Shown one piece after another: positions 28,386 through 33,987 of a stretch of 33,987 bases of DNA. How positions within the stretch are numbered: position 1 is the first letter of the stretch; each line of letters opens with the position of its first letter. The notes under the pieces are model-generated. The model made no database searches. It saw nothing but the letters and a program-made list of their open reading frames with translations, and was not told the DNA's origin. The position numbers and the translations under genes are program-made. Location of the stretch: the IMG/VR virus record IMGVR_UViG_3300023178_000159, positions 1 through 33,987 of that record; one strand, written 5' to 3'. The stretch is from a virus. Lineage: Duplodnaviria; Caudoviricetes.

Positions 28386-28827
28386 CCCCGGACTGACAGG
28401 TGGCATCACTTTTATTCATGGTGATGAAGTGGCGGCATATAGAACCCCTGTCGTTACAGTTAAAAAGAAAAAGCTCCTTAATCTTGTTAGAATAGTTGAT
28501 TATCTAAAGGTATTTCATCCAGACATAGTTTATATTGAGAAGCAACAATCTATGCCGAGGCAGGGTGTGGCTTCTACGTTTAAGACAGGCTTAAACTATG
28601 GTCTGTATCTTGGCTTATTTGTGGCTCTGGACATTGAGTATGTTGAAGTAAGAGCCGCAAAGTGGAAGAAAGACTTGAATGTTTCTTCTGATAAAGATTT
28701 AGCTAGAGCAAGAGCAGATTACCTACTACCCCAAGCTTCACACTGCTGGGAGTTGAAGTGCGAAGATGGGGTAGCGGAGTCAGCATTGATTGCTTATTGG
28801 GGCTTGAACTGTGGCCAAGAACCGTAA
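28366..28827 (+). CDS. ruvC: RuvC-like Holliday junction resolvase
   Basis: GIDPGLTGG, YIEKQ, QGVASTF, WKK, DGVAESALIA; GGAG SD before 28366. Confidence 0.88.
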   Translation: MIVCGIDPGLTGGITFIHGDEVAAYRTPVVTVKKKKLLNLVRIVDYLKVFHPDIVYIEKQQSMPRQGVASTFKTGLNYGLYLGLFVALDIEYVEVRAAKWKKDLNVSSDKDLARARADYLLPQASHCWELKCEDGVAESALIAYWGLNCGQEP

Positions 28828-30407
28828 GGATTAAAGACAGGATTCTTAGCAAGCTCATCCTTGATAGCTTTGACACGATTGGCTCTTGAGTCGTTAGATA
28901 CTTTGCCAAACAGAAAGTCTTCCATCATTGAAAGCTGATTGGCTTTGTATTTGTTTAGCCACGTTTCGTCTGGTTTGAACCAGTTTCCGTAGGCTTCGGG
29001 AGAGCCAATAAACTCTTCGAGGCATTCCGCTTGTACATCGTACCTCGAAAGACCTGTGAGACAGCACGCAACAAATAGCCTATCAAGCTTCTCATCATCG
29101 AGAGACATGCAGTAGCTAAGTGGGCTAGTTCCATCAGCCTCAAAAGCATTGTGAGCATCAGTTTGGTGTTTTTCAATAAGCTCAATATAGCTAGGTTCAG
29201 TGTAGCCATCTGGTGTCTCCCCTCCTGGGAATATTGTTTGACTTTCTGCGTAGATGTTACCTACACGATTGATTGCTGAGTAAGTGTATCCAAGTTTGCG
29301 ATGGACAAGCATGGATTTCATTAGCTTGCTAACGGTTGCATCGTCACCGATAGACCACAATCTTGTGATTGCATAGTCAGCAAAGTATGCATGAAGTAAG
29401 TCCCTTTGTGGGTTGCTGTAGGTCAGAGGCGTTACTTCTTCTTCTTCCTCTTCAACAGCCTCATCTTGGGCTTCTTGGGCTTCCTTCATGTCCTTGAGTA
29501 CCATCTCTTTCGTATCCAGTCTGTATTGGTACGAATTGTAGGTAACGACCATAATCATGTCTTGTTTGGTAAAGCCGTGGTCATCGCCATATACAGCATC
29601 AAGTGTGCGGCACTCAGGGGCATCCCAGTGATACTGGTCTTTGAGATAGATAACGTCCATATATTCTTTGCGGTAGTTTTCACATACGTTGAATATGTGG
29701 CTTTCTTGTAGATGCTCAAACGCATCTCTGTTTGTAATAAACTCTTCCTCACCAAATAGGTCAGCTTCTATACCAAGCTTTGCACGTTCCTTAGTACCAA
29801 TGTCGAATAGAGCAGCACTTGTAGGAATTTTTTGGTTTGTCATGGCACGTTTGACAGACTCAGCGTGAAATGTCTCGTAGTCATTGTCGAGATACTCATC
29901 TTGCTTCTCATGGCTACCAAGCGTCAGAGCTTGCGCTACAGCCAAGTTGAAGCGATAGCTACGGAACATCTCCTTAGCCTTGTCTGATAGCTCAGAGAGG
30001 CTTATACGCTGTTTAACCCATAGATTAGTCTGACCGAATCGTTTAGCTACTGAGTCAAAGTCCTCAGAACCGTCAGCAACAAGGGCTTGGATAACATCAC
30101 ACTCATCAAGTGGATGCATATCCTCACGCATCATGTTTGCATGAAGGCCAACCTCATTGTCGTTAGATTCTAGGATAATGCAGGGAACAAGCTGGTCAGG
30201 TTTATAAACTTTTTTTAGAGCATCGAGGCGTCTGTTACCATCAATGACGTTGTAGCCTTTGCCATTTTCTACTACGACAAGATTGTGTAGCAGACCTTTG
30301 GCTCTGATTGAGGCGGCTAGTTGTGAGATGCTTTCTTTGCTAGACTTTACTTTGCGTACATTGTCAGGCGAATGTTTAAGCTGATTTAGTGGTATCTGTT
30401 GGTGCAT
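28794..30407 (-). CDS. ParB/RepB/Spo0J-family protein with long C-terminal extension
   Basis: NVRK, GLLHNLVV, IDGNRRL (ParB-N box), ANMMREDMHPLDE, HTH VAKRFGQTNLWVKQR. Confidence 0.9.
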   Translation of the reverse strand: MHQQIPLNQLKHSPDNVRKVKSSKESISQLAASIRAKGLLHNLVVVENGKGYNVIDGNRRLDALKKVYKPDQLVPCIILESNDNEVGLHANMMREDMHPLDECDVIQALVADGSEDFDSVAKRFGQTNLWVKQRISLSELSDKAKEMFRSYRFNLAVAQALTLGSHEKQDEYLDNDYETFHAESVKRAMTNQKIPTSAALFDIGTKERAKLGIEADLFGEEEFITNRDAFEHLQESHIFNVCENYRKEYMDVIYLKDQYHWDAPECRTLDAVYGDDHGFTKQDMIMVVTYNSYQYRLDTKEMVLKDMKEAQEAQDEAVEEEEEEVTPLTYSNPQRDLLHAYFADYAITRLWSIGDDATVSKLMKSMLVHRKLGYTYSAINRVGNIYAESQTIFPGGETPDGYTEPSYIELIEKHQTDAHNAFEADGTSPLSYCMSLDDEKLDRLFVACCLTGLSRYDVQAECLEEFIGSPEAYGNWFKPDETWLNKYKANQLSMMEDFLFGKVSNDSRANRVKAIKDELAKNPVFNPYGSWPQFKPQ

Positions 30408-30615
30408 CTGTTTCCTCCAATAGAATAGTTACGTCTTTAGCTTCTATGCCAGTAAAAAACTCAAAGGTCTTTTCGTCTGAGGCAGAAGCATAGACAGTTA
30501 GTGGGCAATCATGCTGTCCTTGATAAAACTTGATTGCAACAAAGTTTGGGTCATCAGTATACATGACCACTCTGGTACATTCTATAGTACCACTCATTGA
30601 TGTGTACATTTTCAT
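30376..30615 (-). CDS. Hypothetical protein
   Basis: ATGA coupling to the upstream gene. Confidence 0.55.
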   Translation of the reverse strand: MKMYTSMSGTIECTRVVMYTDDPNFVAIKFYQGQHDCPLTVYASASDEKTFEFFTGIEAKDVTILLEETDAPTDTTKSA

Positions 30616-30818
30616 TTAGTCCTCCATACACGCCAAGTATCATCATCAACTTTACGCATTGTGCTTTGCCAGCCTTGTCTGCGTATAGCTTGGCACATAG
30701 ACACAGCTTGGCTTTTGCGTACATCAACGCTATCACCAACAGTCATCTTTAATGCAACAGCACTAAATTGGCTGTAAGCATTGCGAGGCGGAATTGGTAT
30801 ATCGCTTCTGATTTCCAT
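30612..30818 (-). CDS. Small putative DNA-binding protein
   Basis: IRSDIPIP..KMTVGDSV..RVWRTK pattern common in phage early genes; GGAGG SD. Confidence 0.65.
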   Translation of the reverse strand: MEIRSDIPIPPRNAYSQFSAVALKMTVGDSVDVRKSQAVSMCQAIRRQGWQSTMRKVDDDTWRVWRTK

Positions 30819-31037
30819 TTAGTCCTCCATAATTTTATCAGTTATCGTCTTTGAGGCGAACGCTACGCCAATCCACAGGGGCGCACCAATCACTGAAACC
30901 AAGAGGGTCGGGTTGATGCCCACTGCTATCATCATCAACATAATCGTAAATGATAGTGTTAGGTGAACAGTGACGAACCACCCAATCCATCCTGCTTTGA
31001 GGTTGATTGGTTTTACTCTGCGTAGATAATTTAGCAT
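30819..31037 (-). CDS. Two-TM membrane protein
   Basis: GAGGAG SD; two hydrophobic helices. Confidence 0.65.
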   Translation of the reverse strand: MLNYLRRVKPINLKAGWIGWFVTVHLTLSFTIMLMMIAVGINPTLLVSVIGAPLWIGVAFASKTITDKIMED

Positions 31038-31039
31038 GT

Positions 31040-31204
31040 TTACTCCTCCTCATGCTTTACTTCACCGTGTCCTTGGCAAGTCTCGCAGTGGCGAAACTCA
31101 CCTATAAGTTCTCCTCCATACCTAAAGTCTGGGCTTGGCACTTCGTACTCGATAATGCACTCGCCCAGACATTCAGGGCATTCCACCCAAAATATATCAG
31201 GCAT
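31040..31204 (-). CDS. 54-aa DnaJ-type zinc-finger protein
   Basis: Own translation MPDIFWVECPECLGECIIEYEVPSPDFRYGGELIGEFRHCETCQGHGEVKHEEE; GAGGG SD. Confidence 0.65.
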   Translation of the reverse strand: MPDIFWVECPECLGECIIEYEVPSPDFRYGGELIGEFRHCETCQGHGEVKHEEE

Positions 31205-31394
31205 CTAATATTCCCTCTCTAATCATGTCTTGAATACGCCTGCCGTACCAACCCTGCAATTGCAGATAAAGGTTAGAGTCATAAATGTACTGCCATGCTT
31301 GAATAAACTCGTCCTCACTTCGAGGCGTTTCAATTCCCTCAGCTATCATTATGGCAATAGATGGGGTCATGTTATTATCATTGTTGGCTTGCAT
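31197..31394 (-). CDS. Hypothetical phage protein
   Basis: AAGGA SD before 31394; AWQYIYDSNLYLQLQGWYGR motif. Confidence 0.65.
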   Translation of the reverse strand: MQANNDNNMTPSIAIMIAEGIETPRSEDEFIQAWQYIYDSNLYLQLQGWYGRRIQDMIREGILDA

Positions 31395-31833
31395 AATAAT
31401 TTCCTTCCGCATCTCTGTTGAAGAATATATTTCTATAATCCTCATAGCCTTGGCTATCATCTATCAATTCACTGTTGGCTCTTGTGTAAAGTGCCATTTG
31501 ATAGCGTGAACCTATAAATACAACATCCTTAACAAATTGTGTCAATGAAGTACGAGGCGGTATTGTGTTTCCTTGGTTGTCAGTACCGACAAAAACACCA
31601 ATGTTTACAAGGGGTTGAGGATAGTTAGCGTGCATCCAGAAGTGTTGATTTTTTGCATACAAACCCTCATCATCGAGATACACACCATCGCCATTTTCAT
31701 AGAGGCGCACAAAGGTGAGCATACGAGCGCCAATGATTTTGCGATAGTCATCAAAGTCACCATCAAAGTGGTCATAAGTAATGACAGATACTTGTTCTTC
31801 AAACGGTTTAATTACGGTTTCCATAGTAGGCAT
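31378..31833 (-). CDS. DUF3846-like protein
   Basis: VIKP..YRKIIG..YLDDEGL..QPLVNIGVFVG; AAGGAG SD. Confidence 0.7.
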   Translation of the reverse strand: MPTMETVIKPFEEQVSVITYDHFDGDFDDYRKIIGARMLTFVRLYENGDGVYLDDEGLYAKNQHFWMHANYPQPLVNIGVFVGTDNQGNTIPPRTSLTQFVKDVVFIGSRYQMALYTRANSELIDDSQGYEDYRNIFFNRDAEGNYYASQQ

Positions 31834-31844
31834 TGTGAACTCCT

Positions 31845-31859
31845 TGTGAATATTTCACA
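31845..31859. promoter_or_regulatory. Palindromic operator candidate TGTGAA-TAT-TTCACA
   Basis: Perfect 6-bp inverted repeat abutting the SD of the DUF3846-like gene. Confidence 0.45.
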
Positions 31860-32041
31860 TTTTTTAAAAGAATGTTTATGAGTACCTCAAGTGTACGTTG
31901 CTCGAGGCGTACACCATCTCCGTCCTTTCACCCCTGCGGTTGGCTTTGCTACCGACACACTCGGCATCCAACCCTCCTCATAACCATTGTTGTGTGTTTA
32001 TACCACAACACTCCACAACCTTCTGCTTTGTGTTTGGCACT

Positions 32042-32078
32042 AAAAAAGGGCAGTGGCCGTTGGATTGCCACTACCCCC
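32042..32078 (-). terminator. Rho-independent terminator after ssb
   Basis: Minus strand GGGTAGTGGC-9 nt-GCCACTGCCC-TTTTTT. Confidence 0.85.
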
Positions 32079-32101
32079 TTCCATCCTAGAGGAACGGTTT
32101 A

Positions 32102-32521
32102 CTAGAATGGAATGTCGTCATCAACACCAGATGGTGCGTTAGATGTTTGAGGCGCACCCTCTGTTGATGTACCCTTGCTGGCTAGGCGGAATGTTGAGCC
32201 TGCACCAGCAAGTTTGACCTTGAATGAACGTTGCTTCTGACCTTCCTTCTCATACTCCTCGATGATTGGAAAGCCTTGAACGAAGACAGTAGTGCCTTTG
32301 GTGGCATACTTCTCGATGACATTGGACACTAGGCCTTTGCCATTGCTACCGTCCCAAGCTTCTACACGATACCAGTGGGTCTTTTCCACCTTCTCGCCAG
32401 ACTTGTTTGTGTAGCCTTCATTGACGGCAACAGAGAAGTTAGCGACCTTAGTACCGTTTACGTCACGGATTTCTGGTTCACTACCGATGTTACCTGAGAT
32501 TGTGATTTGAGCGAAGTTCAT
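32102..32521 (-). CDS. ssb: Single-stranded DNA-binding protein
   Basis: GNIGSEPEIR, VANFSVAVNE, THWYRV, acidic tip DDDIPF; AAGGAG SD before 32521. Confidence 0.95.
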   Translation of the reverse strand: MNFAQITISGNIGSEPEIRDVNGTKVANFSVAVNEGYTNKSGEKVEKTHWYRVEAWDGSNGKGLVSNVIEKYATKGTTVFVQGFPIIEEYEKEGQKQRSFKVKLAGAGSTFRLASKGTSTEGAPQTSNAPSGVDDDIPF

Positions 32522-32626
32522 GTCGATTTCTCCTTGCGTTGACATGGTTAGGTTTGAGGCATCACGTCTGTCCTCTGTCACTGCATTGCGACCCTCCATG
32601 GTGGGTAACAGTGTCAATCTCCATTG

Positions 32627-32800
32627 TTAATTGGCTTTTCTTCTTTGCATTGCTGCTTTGATTGTTGGTGAAGAAACTTGTGTGCCAGTGCCTCGTCTCT
32701 GTTCTGTTCTGTAAGCCCAGAAACGAAACAACTTATCTCTATTGGCTTTGAGATGTCTGCCAAACTCACTGACAGTCATCTCTGTTGCACGTTTTATCAT
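32627..32800 (-). CDS. Hypothetical basic protein
   Basis: ATGA coupling to the upstream gene. Confidence 0.5.
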   Translation of the reverse strand: MIKRATEMTVSEFGRHLKANRDKLFRFWAYRTEQRRGTGTQVSSPTIKAAMQRRKAN

Positions 32801-33078
32801 TTGTTTACTTCCACCCATTCATACTTGAATTTATTTCTCATTGGCTTTTTGTAACCTTTGAGCTTCTTCATTGCATAAAGGGTTATAGAAATTATACACC
32901 CCCCTATCACTGCCGCCATCATGCCAGCAAATGTGCCAGCAAACATAGCGACCAGTAAGATAGTTGAGGCGATGTCGATAGGGATGTCAAGCCAAAGAAC
33001 TTTTTTGAAGTCAAACTTGGCTAACAAGAATAGAATGGCTAGTGCTGAGAACACACCAGCAACGATGTAGAAAATCAT
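32797..33078 (-). CDS. Membrane protein (about three TM helices)
   Basis: Hydrophobic segments plus basic tail; GGGAGG SD. Confidence 0.7.
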   Translation of the reverse strand: MIFYIVAGVFSALAILFLLAKFDFKKVLWLDIPIDIASTILLVAMFAGTFAGMMAAVIGGCIISITLYAMKKLKGYKKPMRNKFKYEWVEVNK

Positions 33079-33365
33079 AGTACGCCCTCCCTTTTCAGTT
33101 GGCTAAATTTTCCTAATAGATGCTTAAGAATCTGTTGGCTTCCACATTCTGAATGAAGCAGACTAGCTTTCATCTTTGTGCTGAAATTTATGTAATCAGA
33201 TTTCATAAGCTTGGTAGAGTAGGCTTTTATTTCTTCGAGGCGTTTGTCTGACGGGTTGAGGTATGCAACCTCTGCCGCACCGACAAACATACGCCATTTC
33301 TCGAAGTTGCTGTAGCCAGCAATTGCACCAGATTTGATTTGTTTCTTTAGGTTTTGCTTGAACAT
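33075..33365 (-). CDS. Hypothetical protein
   Basis: AAGGAGG SD; 96 aa. Confidence 0.65.
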   Translation of the reverse strand: MFKQNLKKQIKSGAIAGYSNFEKWRMFVGAAEVAYLNPSDKRLEEIKAYSTKLMKSDYINFSTKMKASLLHSECGSQQILKHLLGKFSQLKREGVL

Positions 33366-33371
33366 AATATC

Positions 33372-33561
33372 CTCCTTAGGGACTGAGGCGTTACCCTAGC
33401 CCCGGTGGGGACTAGATTGTTAAGAGCGTAGCGTCTTGACCTTGCTGTTGACCCTCGAAGGGTCGTAAGGCAAGTCAGCCAGGTCTCGGGACGAAGCCAG
33501 GTCGCTAGACCTAGCTGAGTTTGGCAATGAGTTAGAAGCCAGAGCGTGATGCTCCGGCTTC
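33372..33561 (-). other. Hairpin-dense non-coding region (candidate structured RNA or ssDNA element)
   Basis: At least four stems: 33396-33415, 33437-33477, 33495-33516, 33535-33561. Confidence 0.5.
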
Positions 33562-33579
33562 GTGATGTGTATCGTAGGG

Positions 33580-33987
33580 CTATTGAACCCTACGACCATA
33601 TTTCTCTGTGTAAGCTTGACGCTGTTTGGGTGTCCATGACATGTAGACATCCATGGTGACACGTCTGCGGAAGTGCGACCACTTCTTAGTCTTGCGTTCG
33701 GTCTCAAGCTGTTGCTTGGACTTGTAAGCATCCATCGTGTAGCCTGTGCGTCTCTCTATCTCAGGACGTACCATGGTCTTGAAGACGTAGTGCATATTGC
33801 GTATGTATGCGTATTGCTCACGAAGCTTCTTGATGCGGTCATCAATGTCATCCTGCTGGTTGACAGTGATCTCTGGGTCAGTGATTGTATGGTCTTCATT
33901 CTCGTTCTTGAGACGGTTGCCATAATTCTTGAGGTCATCCATAAGATACTCAAGGTTGCGGATGCGAGAATCGACAAGCTTGCAACA
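33580..33987 (-). CDS. Hypothetical protein, probably 5'-truncated by the window edge
   Basis: Frame stays open upstream of ATG 33942 to the window end (CCKLVDSRIRNLEYL-MDDLK). Confidence 0.55.
   Translation of the reverse strand, partial: CCKLVDSRIRNLEYLMDDLKNYGNRLKNENEDHTITDPEITVNQQDDIDDRIKKLREQYAYIRNMHYVFKTMVRPEIERRTGYTMDAYKSKQQLETERKTKKWSHFRRRVTMDVYMSWTPKQRQAYTEKYGRRVQ

Noticed and set aside
31872-32105. Plus-strand ORFs of 63-77 aa
   Set aside because: They span the terminator and leader of the minus-strand operon and show no coding signature.
32522-32617. 32-aa N-terminal extension of SSB from the ORF track
   Set aside because: The OB fold and AAGGAG SD point to the start at 32521.
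33420-33731. 103-aa minus-strand ORF
   Set aside because: It overlaps the 33580 gene out of frame, has a Ser-rich atypical composition and no SD; the region is better explained by hairpins.
1-33987. Genome-wide stop-codon reassignment or terminal repeats
   Set aside because: Genes are intact under the standard code, and I saw no repeat between the window ends.

Overview
Most of the genome of a small marine-type podovirus (T7-like virion module, gene order resembling HTVC010P/uvMED-type phages; host probably an alphaproteobacterium, which is inference). The + strand (1-25455) carries TerS, TerL, portal, a cluster of small basic proteins, scaffold, major capsid, tail tubular A/B, three internal virion proteins, a tail fibre, seven small modular fibre/receptor-binding paralogues and a holin-like membrane-gene cluster with no recognisable endolysin. 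The - strand (25442-33987) carries an early/recombination module (Sak-type annealase, YqaJ exonuclease, long ParB-like protein, DUF3846-like protein, SSB), interrupted by a + strand HTH-RuvC pair. I see no DNA/RNA polymerase, primase, helicase, integrase, tRNA or CRISPR, but the last ORF runs off the window, so the genome is incomplete. Best observation: an in-phase A_AAA_AAG slippery site within an A9 run, followed by a hairpin and an immediate -1 stop, sits exactly after the pesticin-like muramidase domain of the 1348-aa ejection protein. Recoding there would release a ~180-aa free lysin that could be the missing endolysin. Family assignments come from recognising motifs by eye; no searches were run.
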